From the NCBI GenBank assembly GCA_964247055.1, contig OZ176051.1, positions 11,284,001 to 11,348,000 on the forward strand: a DNA stretch of 64,000 bases. Direction: 5' to 3'. Both the position numbers and the translations under genes were made by a program. Shown piece by piece: positions 27,701 through 41,114 of this stretch. The DNA is from Paragordius varius (Eukaryota; Animalia; Nematomorpha). Numbering within the stretch: the first letter of the stretch is position 1; each line of letters starts with the position of its first letter. A model generated the notes under the pieces. The model was not told where the DNA came from. It did not search any database and saw only the letters and a list, made by a program, of their open reading frames with translations.

Positions 27701-30700
27701 ACATTTTTTCAAGCAAAGACAACATTTTTCAATTAAACATCTTTTTAAGCTAACACAACATATTTTCAACCAAAGGAAACACTTTTTCAAGCAAAAGCAA
27801 CAATTTTTAAATAAAGACAATTTTATACATGACAACTTATTATTAAGTATTCATTTAAGTTAATAATTAATTAAATATCGCTAAATTTTGATTTTTTTAT
27901 TGTATTACTAGTTGGCCCTGTTTCATAAATTTTCTGTAAATTAGCCCCAAAACAAAGCAATTTCTATATAGTGGCTCAGTTTTTGGCGGCTAGCTCTTAA
28001 CCCGAGGGCAGGTATAAAAAAGCGTTGGGCAAAATTTTTGCCTTTATATGGGAAATATCTGAAATTATCATAAATTCCATGGGTTCCTCTTAGAGTCATA
28101 GATTTTCTGAAATTTGGCTCCAAAGGCTGTATCGATATGGTGACGCAGTTTTATGCGGGTAGCCCCCTAACCTGGAGCGAAACAAAAAAACGCTTGATCA
28201 AAATAATTGCCTTAATTCGGGTAATGCCTAGAATCTGATTGATTTCATATGCTCTCGCGGGATTCCAGATTTTGCCTCAAAACCAAAAAATTTTATGGTG
28301 GCGCATTTTTCAGGGCAAGGGCCCAATTAAGGGGTAATTTAATAAAATGCTTTACTCAAATTTTTGCCAAGGGTAATATTTCGAGCCCTTATTTAATTCA
28401 TATGGCCTGATAAGTTTTCTAAAATTTGGCCCCAAAGTCACGCTGTATGGATATGGTGGTGCAGTTGTTGACGAGTAGCCCCTGAGTCCAATATAAAAAA
28501 GACGTTCGATGATTTTTTTGTCTTTATAGGGGAATACCTGGAATCACAATCATTCCTTATGTTCTTAATATTTTTTGGAAGAATGACTTCAAAACTAAAT
28601 AATAGTTTAATGACAGCGCATTTTTTAGGGCCTGATTAACGGCTAATCTAAAAAACCGATTACTTAAATTTTTGCGTTTTTAGGGAATGCCTGTAGTCCT
28701 TATTGATTTTTTACGGTTTCATACCTTGGGCCAAAAATAAAATCAAACTTGGTTTTGAAAAAAATACCATTTTACGGGAGGGGGGGAGTGGTAAAAAGAG
28801 GGCCTAAATTGAAAAAGCGAGCCGACTATGTTCGGCGTAATCGAAAATAAGTAAAAATTATTGAAATTGAATGGTCAATAATTTCCAGAAAACTAAGACA
28901 CGATTTTTGTGGCCTGGTGTTTCAAAAACCGCTTTTTACACGGGGTGGCCCCGAACTGGGGGCCTAATTAAAAAAAGGGCGGACCTATTGTCCGGGCATT
29001 CATTAATCATTACACTTTTTCGACATTTGGATTCGAATGGGTCTACCGGTTTTCCGGAAACAGATCACAAAGCCAGCATTTTCCATTTTTATAATTATAT
29101 AGATTACTAATATTTAATGGTAAAAGATTTTTAATTTAATTTTGCCCATAACTTAATTCCATTTTATTTATATTAAATACTTTTTTCTTTTTTTCACCTT
29201 TAGTTTTACCTAGAATCAATATATGCCATTTATATTTCAAGAGTTTCTTTGAAAGTTTAAAGTTAATCCCTTAATTAAAGTTAATTCAATGGAGCAATAA
29301 AATATTCATATATCCTATCCTTTTTAATTTATTTTCTTTAACCTGAACTTTTAATTAATACCAACTTTTTTCATTGAAGGACCGTATATTATAAATTTTT
29401 ATAAAAGTATTTTAACTTATAAATAAGGTTTAATTGAAAAAGATCTATGTTTTGTGGCTTATTGATCGAAATATTTTATTTAAAACATTAGTTTGAAATA
29501 TTGTTGAATTAAAGAAGAATAGTTCGAAAAACAAATTAAGAAATGGAAAATGTTATTGTTAATAACACTAATAAATTAAGGTATTAGGTTAAATAAAAAA
29601 AGAGATGATTTGTAAAAATTACGGTTGTATGCAAAAAATATGCAGGAATTTGAAGTATTAAAGGATCAACTAAAGGATTAGCTAATTTTTAAGACTCTTG
29701 AAATGATAGGTAAAAAGTTTATGGGCAAAATTAAAAATTTTGAACATCTAACAACCATCAAATATTGATAAAACAATAAAATCAATATAATTAATTCTTA
29801 AAATTAAATTATTTAAATGAATTATCAATAAATAAAAAAAATTTGTTTTTAAATATTAAAAAATTGTTGCTTTTGCTTGAAAGAATGTGTTTTTGGTTGG
29901 AAAATTATTGCGTTTGCCTGAAAAATGTTGCGCTTGCTTGGAAAAATGTTGCGTTTGACTAAAAAATGGTAAATCAATGTTCATAAAGGTTAAGCACAAC
30001 ATCGAAATAGATGACTCGCTCAATAATTTGGATGATTCAAATGCATCGGAAAATGTCAAAATTCCTGAAACAAACATTACACCTCGTATTTATTTTTGTG
30101 CAACCATGTGGCATGAAAATTTAACTGAAATTACACAGCTTATGAAATCTATTTGCCGGTAATTGATTCGTTAAACAATAAATCGTTAATAATATATATA
30201 CCATTTACAGTTTAAATTCACCCTTGACAATTCATATTCCCGTAATATCAAAAATTACCTTTATTTTATAATATTAAAATATCAAATTCTGTTTAAAATT
30301 AATATAATGCTGAAATAATAATAAACTATGTCGTAAAAATATATTTCATTATATTAATGATGAGTTATATATATTAGCCCGAAAACATATAATTCATTTT
30401 TAGGCTGAACTTGAATTGTTCAGGGGTGAATTTGAAATGTTTGAGGGTGAATTTGAATCGTTAATAATATATATTAAATTAGAATGGATATTGATCAAAA
30501 TAACCGACGGATGAGACGAAACTATATGAAAGTCCAAGATCCTGATTATTACGAATTTGAAGTTGACATCCTTTTTGATGATTCGATGGACAACACCTCC
30601 AAAACCATACAAGTTTCTAACAAACAACCTTCAGTATCTTCCCAGGCAGATTTAACCAAATCTAACACTTCCATAGGTGATATTTCTAATCCCGCACCCG

Positions 30701-33700
30701 TTGTTCCAAAGGAGGAAAAGGTATATATTTACTAACTTATTAGGTCATGATTGTAAGAACAAATCAATTCGTTAAATTACTTATCAGAGCAATTAAAGAG
30801 GCTGGTGAAAGTTCCTATGATTCAACAGTCGTGATTCAACCACCAGTGAAATATTTGACTCCCTATGGCGGTCGATTGGTATGGAAACTGCCAGGGAGGA
30901 ATAAAATCATTGTGCATCTAAAAAATAAAAAGCTGATTAGACATAAAAAACGATGGAGCCAGGTAGGATACTTTTTCTAACAAAAGCTATATTCTTTGAT
31001 TTAATGGCAGAATAATTATATAAATACAAGATGTATTATAAAATGTTAATAAAGGTAATGTACATGTATTATCTGTTGGGATTTCGTCATAACAAACGCA
31101 TTGCAAAATGCGGAGGTGACAAATTGTTTGGTAAGGAAGTTGCTGAAAATACGTTTATTTTAGCCCTTGATGGAGATGTAGATTTTCAACCGATATCTGT
31201 GATTCGGTTAGTGGATCTCATGAAGAAAAATGTTAATGTTGCATCAGCATGCGGAAGAATTCACCCGGCTGGCTCAGGACCATTAGTATACCATTTACAT
31301 TTCAAATTCACCCCTGAACAATTCAAATCACCCTTGAACAATTCAAATTCATCCTCAAACAATTCAAATTCACCCTAAAAATAAAATATAAAATTTTGGT
31401 CTAATATAACTCATCATTAAAATTAAATATATTTTTATGGCATAGTTTATTATTTTTTCAGTTTTATTTTTACATTATAAAAAAATATGTAATCTTAAAA
31501 AACACATTATTTATTTTAGGGTGAATTTGAATTATCCTAGGGTGAATTTGAATTGTTTAAGGGTCAATTTGAACTGCAAATGGTATATTATTAATAATAA
31601 TATTCTTGAATATTGGAAAATTATAAAATTAATTAAGTATTTCCGGTAGGTATTATATCATACTTTGGTCAAAAACGAATCAATCATCCACTTTGAAATT
31701 AATTTTTAGCTTTAAAGTGTTAAAAAATAATGTTTTTATATCATTCCCATATATAGTGTCGCATAAAGATATCCACAAACGATTGTCAACAATAAGAATA
31801 ATCAGTGGCCATATTTTTATATTTATTTATTTAAAATGGATAATCACCTGTGTTTTAAAAATATTTATGCAATTACATAACTACTATTAGGTTTGGTATC
31901 AAAAATTTGAATACGCATTGGGACATTGGTTACAGAAAGCTGCAGAGCACATGATTGGATGTGTATTATGCAGTCCCGGGTGCTTTAGTTTGTTTAGGGG
32001 GTCGGCTCTCATGGCTGATAATGTGGCACGAGCTTATACTAAAATGGCTGAAGAACCCTGGCAAATGGTTCAATACGATCAGGGAGAAGATAGGTAGTGT
32101 CATTTTAGTTAGTGTGTTTGCAAAACTAATTTTGCGTTAAAAAAGTTTAGAGTTCAGAGCATATTTTGACACAGTACCCGCCATCCCAAACCTAAATAAT
32201 ACGTGATTTTAGTGTATTTGCTAAACTAATTTTGCGTTTAAAAAGTTAGTTTAGAACATATTTTGACACAGTACCCGCCATCATACACCCAAATAATACT
32301 GGGTGCATTATCAACATCATGACTCTTTGAAAAACTATAAAAGCAAACTTTGTGAAAAATTGAAATAATCGAATTGACATTATAATCGATTAAAAATACC
32401 TATCAACTGAGTAGTAAGGAAATAGACGCAGGCACCCTAAATAAAAATATATTTTTCTCAAAGTGCATTAAAATAATGACAAGATATAATTATTTTACAA
32501 CAATACTCAGCATAAGGCGACCATCAATAGTCCGTATTTTTCAACATTTAAATTTATCTTAAAAGGTTATATGTATGTCATATCACTATCATATAAATAT
32601 AGGTGTATTTATTTTATAAATATGTGATAGATGGTTATGCACTCTAATTCTACAACAAGGATACCGGATAGAATATAGTGCAGCGTCTGATGCCGTCACC
32701 TATTCACCCGAAGGATTTGATGAATTCTTTAATCAGCGAAGAAGATGGATACCATCCACCATGGCCAATATTTTGGATTTACTTAAAACATATAGAAAAA
32801 CTGTGGCTTTGAATGAAACCATAACATTTTCTTACATTTTATATCAGGTTTTTTATAAAAAATATTTTCATTCATTATAATTTTGTTGTTGTTAATAATG
32901 TATTTGTTATATAGGCTATGATGTTTGTAAGTACATTAATTGGTCCAGCAGTCATTATGTTGCTTCTAGTTGGTTCTATTAGTGCTACGTTTTATTTAAC
33001 GCTCTGGGGTTCAATAGCCTTAAATATGTTTCCAATCGTTGTTTTTATCATTATGTGCTTTAAGGCAAAAATAAAACATCAGGTATATTATATTCTATTA
33101 CACCTACATGTTTCAATCCCTATTATTCCCATACTATATAACACCCTCAATTTTGTTTTTTTTTTCATAATGTTGGGATCTCAATTAAAACCTAATTGTG
33201 ATTTCAATAAATATATAATAAATAGGGAAAATACTTAATTTAATAAATTTGTTAAATTAAGAATGTTAGGTTCAATAAAAATTGATGGCCATATTTTATA
33301 ATTAATATAATAATTATAGGAAATATATAATTTTAAGTTTATCGGTAATAATCCTTCATGTCCGTAAAAACATGGGTCGATAGAAATAAGGAAATTTTTT
33401 TTTGAAAAATACGCATTCAATTATTCATCATTTATTTAATTTGCTTTATGTAAATTTATTTTTATAAAATAAGTATTAAAAGCAAAGAATAAAGTACGAT
33501 ATGGACATGTTTCGGAATCAAAATGAAGGTCCGTTTTCAATAAAAAATTTACATATATTTACAGTAAAGTAATATTGCAAGAAAGAGATTAATTATGTCA
33601 AATATCATATACAGCAAAGAAAATTATTATTGGCTAGTAATAGTAAAAGGTGGAAAATATAACTATAAGCCAATTTTATTTCCAATTAATAACTTTCTAG

Positions 33701-36700
33701 CAATGTACTTACTCATACTATTATAATAAAGAATGTGTATATACGCCTATTTGAAATGTTATTAGTCAAAACACGCTTTTTTAATTGTTTATATTATTTA
33801 ATATTTTCAAATTTTCTATTGACAATATAACATTTTGAGTTTTGAAACATGTCTATTTTATCCTATTTAATTTAGCTTTTGAAAATTATTTTTCAATTTC
33901 TCACTAATAGTTTTTGGTATGTTTAAACTAGTTATTGTTCGCGAAAGTGATGGCAGCCGTTTATGCAATAGCTATGTTATCATTCTGTGTTCGCGCCATG
34001 CTGCAAATCCACGAAGAAGGGATTCAAAGTCCAGCTGCAATATTTATAATAATTTTAGTTTCGGTGATTTTTGCAGCTTCTCTGTTGCATCCTGAGGAGT
34101 TTAAAAATGTAATCTATGGATTCCTCTACCTACTTATAATACCCACCATGTACCTTATGCTAATCATTTATTCAATCTGTAATTTGAATGTCGTATCCTG
34201 GGGTACCCGCGAGGTTTTAGAATATCCTCATTTTAATTGACGTTACATTTAGTTGTTATCAAATTTCAAGAGTAATAAATTGTTTTTGCGTTTAGATTGC
34301 AAAAGTTCAATTAGCTATGACAGATAAGAAGAAAGAAAATTGGGCTCGCAAATTGTGGAAAGATTTTTTGAGTCTCAAGGAATATATTCCGTGCATTGGT
34401 ATTAATTTATGATCCTTTTTAAAAAATTTTTAAAAATCCTTCACATTTCTGGATACCATTGTTCCTATTTTTAGAGGAAAAAACGGAAAGTACATCCCAG
34501 CCCACCCTTCCACCTACAATGTCTATGAATGCATTTCAGCGCAGATTTACTTTGTTGGGAAAGCAAAGAGACGCTCTTAAAGCTGGACTATTTGGAAATG
34601 CCATAAACGATCCGGTTTCAAAAGTAGGGTTAACTGCCAATAATTCAGCCGCCATTCCAGAAATAAAAATTTTACCAGTCAGCCCAACCGAAACGCTAGC
34701 CACTAATCAATCATCAAAAATGCTTAACCCGATAGATATAAAATCTAGCGTGGAATTATGTGATATGTCTTTATCTTCAACATTAGCCCCTAATAATATT
34801 CCTATATCCCAACCACCACTTAATTCTAATTGTTTAAATAGTTTAGACATCAATCCTCCTATTACTGGCACATTCAACAATGGTGTGAATGAATCCGTCA
34901 AAAATATAATTTCAACGGCAGATACTGGTACAGCTACGGGAATTAACAAAGAAGAAAAATCTAAAGGTTGGTATTCGAGAAACAAAAATAAATTATTCAC
35001 TACTATAATTATATAAATGAATTGTTGGTTAGACGTGTATAATTGGTGGAATTCGACTTGGATGGATGATCCAGACCTTCCACATGGGCCCGTAAGTGCT
35101 CTTTCAGCAGATGAGATTCGGTTTTGGGAGGAACTTATAGCTAAATATCTCCAACCCATCGAATATTCGGAAGAAAAGAAAAAAGAAATTGCCGATGGAT
35201 TGTTACAACTTAGAAATAAGGTATATAAAGATTACAATAGGCAGCAGTATTTTATAAAAACATATTATTTACTAAAAATATTACGAGATCCCTCATCATT
35301 ACCAACATAATCATAGTGACAATAGGTATAGTAAAGTATTTAAAATGGAAGATAATATGTTTATAAATATCATAATAAAGTTTAAAATGAATATCCAAAT
35401 TCTAATTGCGGCATTTTAAAAAAATATTTAAATTTAGCAGGTAAATCAAATATGTATTTTATCGCGGGAAAATGCGTCAAAATTTGATTTTAGATAAAGT
35501 TGTTTTAATACCAATAAGAATTAAAGCAATCGCACTTTAACGCGATATTTAAATAAAAAATAGGATTTTGTGGTAAAATATTTTATTTATTAGTCTATCG
35601 CATAACTATTTTTATATAAAAACCAATATATCGCGTTTATAAATGATAAAAACCATATTTAAATAAAAACTTTTAAGTAATTAGTTCCCAAGCGGAGGTG
35701 ACGTTCAAATTTAAGTAAACTTTTAACATATCAATATTAAATATTTTTTCGCAATTCATGCAAAAAATACATTTATTGACTCATTTGTTAGAGTTTTTGT
35801 GCCCAAAATCCGCGATCAAAAGCCAAAACGCCCCCAAATTATTTAACCTAATTATTATTATACGTATAACGTTTCAATATATCCGCTTATGTTTTTAGGC
35901 ATCTTTTGGATTTCTGCTTGTAAATCTTATTTTCATTATCATCATTTTAATGCTCCAAGCCAACCAAGATACCTTGAATGTGAAATGGCACATATCTGGA
36001 AGCAAAAAATATTTGAAACTTGAACCCTTATCGTTGGCCCTTTTGGCATTTTTTGTCATCATACTTGGTATTCAATTTATAGCCATGCTTTTCCATCGAT
36101 GGAATACTCTTTTACACATTTTGGCATCAACGCAACTCTTTTGTTTTAGAAGCAATGAAAAAGGTTTTGACTTTTTTAGTTAGCATAAAAAATGGGATTG
36201 TACTGAGAACATATCAATATTTTATATTTTTTAAAGTAAGTAATTATATTTGGATGCCTAGGAATCAGTTACCCGCGTACAAAGAGAGAGATTATTATGA
36301 TATTTTGCCAGATATACCATAATATTATAAAGCATGTCTATGTTAGAGTGATCATATTAAAAAATATATCTTTACCAAATTTATAATATTTAATGTATTG
36401 ATATATTGCCTATATTTAATTAAAATATACAAAAATAAAATCGGCGTTATTATAAGCGCCTATGCTGCTGGCACCATTATTGATAATTCGTTATATATGA
36501 TGAAAATTGAAACACGATTTAAAACCGTTTCAACAAAAATATGCGTTTTGTTCAATTTAGTTTCAAATCTATATTGGACTCTTTTTAATTTAATAAGGTA
36601 TTTAATTTTAATGATTTATAGATCTGAGATTTTGGAGAAAAGTAGAGATGATAGTATTTTTGTGAAGGATTACCATTTTATTAAATTAATTAGACGGCCA

Positions 36701-37936
36701 AATTAATAGGATAGCTCTAACTCAAAAAAATTTGGCATTAACTTTTTAAGGGGGCTCTTTATATAGGAACAGTTTCTTTTATGCTTACCTATAACTCAAT
36801 TCACTAACATAAGATATATATATATATATATATACATATTATTTATCAGAGATTCCACTGGAAATTCATTCCCCTGAAGCGTTGAAAAAAACTGTTTCAT
36901 TGTTTAATTTTAGCGGTTTTAAAGGAAGTCATTCACATATATCTGGGACTGGTAGCGATAATATATCTCTTTCATCGAAACATTCAATAGATGCTCATTC
37001 TCACAAACTGCTTCAAATTCCTCGGGCGAAAACACCGCGTCACCATAAACTTTCTCCAGACACAGCTGGCGGGTAAGCATAAATCTGTTTTTTTCCAATA
37101 ATTATTTCATTGTAATTTATATATCTTGTGTTGATAAAGGGGTCAAATATTCTCTATATCAAAAGACATACCTCAAAGTACAAAACGAACAAAGTCGGAT
37201 GACGCTCTTTCACTTCCGAGATTTAATGTGACAAGTACACCTCTGAAACTCGCGTCAAAAGAATCTGTTGAAGCTATGCCCAAAGCTTCAAAAGATGAAT
37301 ATAATATCGGATCATCCCCCAACAAGAAAACCAAAGTAATATAATGCGATACATATATATATAATCCGAAACAAATACCGTATCATAAACAGTTTTACAT
37401 GTCTTAAGTTATATAAAAGTATAATAGTATTTGATGTATATACTTATATATAGGCGAAATCGAAATTATATAAAAGCGGGGAACTTTATGTCAATGTAGA
37501 AAACCTAAAACAATCCAATCTGTCGAAAAACATTAATTTAAACACAACAGAAGATGATGATGTCGTTTATATAAATGTGAATGGGGCACACAAGCACAAT
37601 ATTGAAGAAACTAACCCAGCTTTTCCTAACGTTCCTATCGATATTTCACCAATTTATTATAATAACACAGACGAGCGCAATAGTAATTTTAACGAATATC
37701 CTGCGTCTATTAAAAACAAACCTAATCTCAGCGAATATCAGAACTTTGATAGTTTGGTCAGTTTGCAATCACAAACAGGTCCCGTGCGACCTGATAATGA
37801 AGCTAAAAATAATTTAATGCAAGGCTATTATGTTAATTCCCTGGATAGACTTCGTGAAGCTAATGAAACAGATGAAGACGATAAAAATGACGAGAGTGGT
37901 TTACGGACTCGTGCGTCACGAATAACTTTAGCTTAA
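21752..37936 (+). CDS. CHS: Chitin synthase (GT2), about 1863 aa. Exons: 21752-21894, 22242-22437, 24919-25037, 25473-25668, 25880-26443, 26506-27234, 29989-30158, 30483-30720, 30744-30962, 31055-31285, 31891-32093, 32631-32847, 32915-33082, 33932-34213, 34296-34398, 34475-34966, 35033-35220, 35899-36163, 36850-36880, 36914-37072, 37140-37335, 37454-37936
   Basis: Motifs WDIF, CATMWHE, TPYGGRL, RHKKRWSQVMYMYYLLG, LALDGDVDF, WYQKFEYALGHWLQKAAEH, QYDQGEDRWL, QRRRW and NLNVVSWGTRE. All junctions are GT-AG and phase-consistent; the summed 5592 nt is divisible by 3. Junctions from 36163 to 36914 are the least certain. Confidence 0.95.
22599..22862. mobile_element. Degenerate hAT-type MITE in chitin synthase intron 2
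   Basis: Left end CAGGGGTGTCCAAC and right end gctagatacccttg (degenerate inverse). The 8-bp TSD is no longer recognisable. Confidence 0.55.
25101..25329. repeat. Foldback element with about 70-bp arms in chitin synthase intron 3
   Basis: atggaaatttattt..aaacg..ttatataaaaaataaataaaaa..cggacactata is mirrored at 25261-25329. Confidence 0.7.
27655..29971. mobile_element. Older TACC-family foldback (caagcaagcgcaacatttttc-type 21-mers) carrying a Helitron
   Basis: Inverted arrays at about 27695-27810 and 29865-29971. Right end AAAAAATGGTA; left end degenerate (ggccatttt). Fills most of the 27235-29988 intron. Confidence 0.65.
27908..29103 (-). mobile_element. Non-autonomous Helitron (second 3'-end type)
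   Basis: Minus-strand start A|TCTATATAATTATAAAAATGG and end cagggccaaCTAG|T. Body homologous to 9377-11108 and 44417-45662. Hairpin not retained. Confidence 0.75.
30199..30455. mobile_element. TACC-family MITE (tcaaattcacccctgaacaat 21-mer subfamily), right tip replaced by duplicated flank
   Basis: TA|TACCATTTACAG left end, inverted 21-mers at 30400-30455, and an interior like 31289-31585. Confidence 0.8.
31289..31585. mobile_element. Intact 297-bp TACC-family MITE inserted in the 5' splice site of chitin synthase intron 10
   Basis: G-TA|TACCATTTACA...TGCAAATGGTA|TA, with inverted 21-mer arrays. Confidence 0.9.
32108..32299 (+). repeat. Two tandem copies of an about 97-bp unit
   Basis: aactaattttgcgtt..aaaagtt..catattttgacacagtacccgccatc..aaataatac occurs twice. 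Confidence 0.8.
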
Positions 37937-38589
37937 TTTCGTATTTTAATTAAAGCATTTTTGAGTTTTTTTGCGTGCAATTATGTTTATTACTAACTAA
38001 ACTCTGTTATTTATGTTAGGTTGTTAATAAATTATTATATAATTTATTGAATAAATTTATTAAAGTTAATTTTCTTTTACTACAAATAATCATTGTCAAA
38101 CGAAAAAATAAAATTAAAATTTAAAAATATCAAATGATAAATGAAACTAAAAAAATGTTTGTAATGTTATCAAAAAAATTGGTGATGCTATTTAAATTGA
38201 TGATTTTTTTCTTCCTGTTAAATATTTTGTTCTTTGTTTCTTTCCTTTACTCCTATGTATACGCTGTCGGTCAAATCCGTATAATTTATTTCAAAATACA
38301 GAGATTTGGCGGCTTTGGCTTTACATACTATTAACGGTTTGGGAAAATTATTCCGGCTTTGAATTTTGATTTTTCCCATTCGATTTTTCAGGATTCATAT
38401 AAAAATTAATTATTTTGAGACAAATCAACACTTGCAAATATTTAAAATGATAATTGATTTGCTTTGTCTCAAGTTTTCAAAAATAATATATAACTTGTTG
38501 TTGCAGTGTTGTATCATATAACATATCTCAGTAAGCTTTCATTACACCTCGCACTCGGTGCGTATAAAAATATTCAAATATATATTATG

Positions 38590-38880
38590 ATAGAATGGAG
38601 GATTCTCATGCTTTGGGGCTTATAAGAAAGTTTGCACTTTTATGGTGGTTAAATATCGTGATATCGCTAAATTAGCGCATAGTATGCTTAATTAAATTTT
38701 TGGTAAAACATGCGCTCTAAAAAATCATTAAAATACATGTTTTACAATGTTTAAGCAATACAGTATTTCAATATTATAAAATTTAGATCTGGGCTCCTGA
38801 GTCCCAAATTTTTACCCTTCTCTTAATTGGGCTAATTTAAAATAAAAAATGCCGAGATTTCGCGATTTTAAAATATGCTA
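38590..38880 (-). repeat. Single arm of family C repeat
   Basis: Shares aaaaatgccgagat and the adjacent block with 17900-17960 and 50100-50250. Confidence 0.5.
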
Positions 38881-41055
38881 GTGTATGGCATTGTTACGTA
38901 TTCAAATTTGTTAGATTTATATTTTTGTATGTATAATACAAATTGTAGTGATGATATAATATATTCATATTTTTCATTATCATGCAAATAACGTCTCTAT
39001 TAGTTTACTATATTTTAGTATGTATCAGGCAAATACGGTCAATTTTTGTATTAAACATGCACACGTTTTACCTGGGCTTAAACATGTAAATATTATATGC
39101 ACAAAAAGTATATAAACATCGCAAATATTACATAGTTTTTTTTGTGATTTATCTAAACAAATCTTATTGTTTTATGTTACTCGATTCACTACATTTGGCA
39201 CGGTTTTATCTCACTCCATTCGCGCACGGAAAAATTAAGTCTGGGAGCATATGATTTCGCAACTAGCTTTGATGAATATATCGATTATATAAATAGAATG
39301 TTAAAAGTCAAATTAATTGATGGAAAGGATGAAATAAAAAAGTTTGTTATTGGCCTGCATCGGTCTATCCCATATTCCAAAGTTGAAGAGATTCATTTAT
39401 CCCGTACAGTTAGAGGAAGTGGGGTGGGATGCTTTGGTAGCAGCTGGAAAAAAATATTCACTCCGCAATGTGTTTGCAACCAGGTTCCAGTTTACGCAAC
39501 TACGCGGGGAAGCCACGAAATCAGTGATGGATTTTTTGATTCGGGTAAAGGGTGTGGACAGGTGCGATTTTGGGCAAATTGCAATGCTAAGAACCAGAGA
39601 TGGGTTTGTTGGAGGGCTACAACTCAAACGATTAAAAATAGAACTGTTCACGAAATTTCCAGTTGCAATGTTTGATCGGAAACCTGTTATGTTGGAGATG
39701 GTGATAGAAGTGGCAATGGCGTATGAAACGGCGGATAGTTTATTGAAGAGGGCTCTGACAATAGAGTTGATGATAATAAGAAAGAAGTGTGGAAAATGTG
39801 GGTACGATGCGATCAACTGGTGTCCCGGTTCGAACAAAAATGTTACCGATGCAAAGGACGAGGTCATTTTGGCAGGTGTTGCCGGCGTAATATAGTGAAT
39901 GGTAACAATATTAATAAGGAAGCCCGCACGCAAGCAAGTCTGAATGGTCATTGGGTGAGGGTGGTGTACGATACCGGAGATCAAATATCATTGTTTGGGA
40001 AAAGCATGTGGCTGGAGATTGAAAGACCGGCCTTAGCACCCGCGGATCCAATACTTGGTTCAACCATTAAGGTGTGGTGGTGATGGGGCAATGTGTGGTA
40101 GATGTTAAATGAAATGGTATCGTCAAGCAGCTGGAATGTCTGGTTACCATGGAGGATCGGGTAATCTTTTTGGGTTACTATGGACAAGTTTTTAATGTAG
40201 ATTTCCAGATGCTGTCTGTGTAAAAAAGTTAGTGGTGTGGATTTAAATAAATTTAAAGAATTGTTTTGTGAGGGTATTGGGTGCTACACGGGACCACCCA
40301 TCAAGTTGTTACTCAAAAAAGGTAGTATCCCAAAAAATCCCGCTTCCGTCCAAGGTGATAAGGGAATAAAAAAGGCTTGAGAGTCTGGGTATCATTGAGG
40401 CCATAAACCCGTCACAATCACGAATTGACTGGTTAACTCCGTTGGTAATAGTTAAGAAGAATAAAATGATATTATATTTGCATACGTGGTGATTATAGGG
40501 TTACTGTTAACCCAAGTTTTGTTTAAGTCGATCATTTGATTCCAACGTTTGATCACTTAGTGTTAAAAATTAGGGAAATGTTTTTACGACCCTAGATCTA
40601 AAACCTACTGGCAAATGCACCACGAAGAATATCAACATTTACTGACGTTTAGTTCGCATACAGGTCTTTTCAAGAGACTTCCATTTGGAATTTCTAGTGG
40701 CGAAATATGGATGAGTTATTAAAAGATTGTCCAGGTACGGCGGTTTACTTAGATGATGTAATTGTTAGTGAAACTACGGTAATGAAGCATAAGGATAACT
40801 TAGAAAAGGTTTTGAACAAATTAGCTGCTAAATTTGATATTAAAAAGGATAAAATCCAATTAGCTCGTTCTTCAGCATCCTATTTAGGATGTATAATTTC
40901 AGACAAAGGAATTAAACATGATGAAAAGGTAAAAGCAATTTTGAATTTCCTACACCTACCAATATGACATCACTCCGGTGTTTCTTGGTTTTAGATGGGA
41001 CCACAAGTAACGTGAGATGAAGTAAAAAAGGATTAATTTATTGTATATGTTTTTG

Positions 41056-41057
<2 letters not shown>

Positions 41058-41110
<53 letters not shown>
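41058..41110. repeat. (TA)n microsatellite; others near 9340, 20650, 47470 and 50965
   Basis: Directly visible dinucleotide runs. Confidence 0.95.

Positions 41111-41114
<4 letters not shown>

Noticed and set aside
31286-31378. C-terminal part of ORF 31031 as chitin synthase sequence
   Set aside because: It is read-through into the MITE; the conserved VWYQ continues at 31891.
34707-35159. 150-aa minus-strand ORF (likewise 26502-26960 and 39397-39984)
   Set aside because: Antisense shadows of chitin synthase exons or of Gypsy gag.
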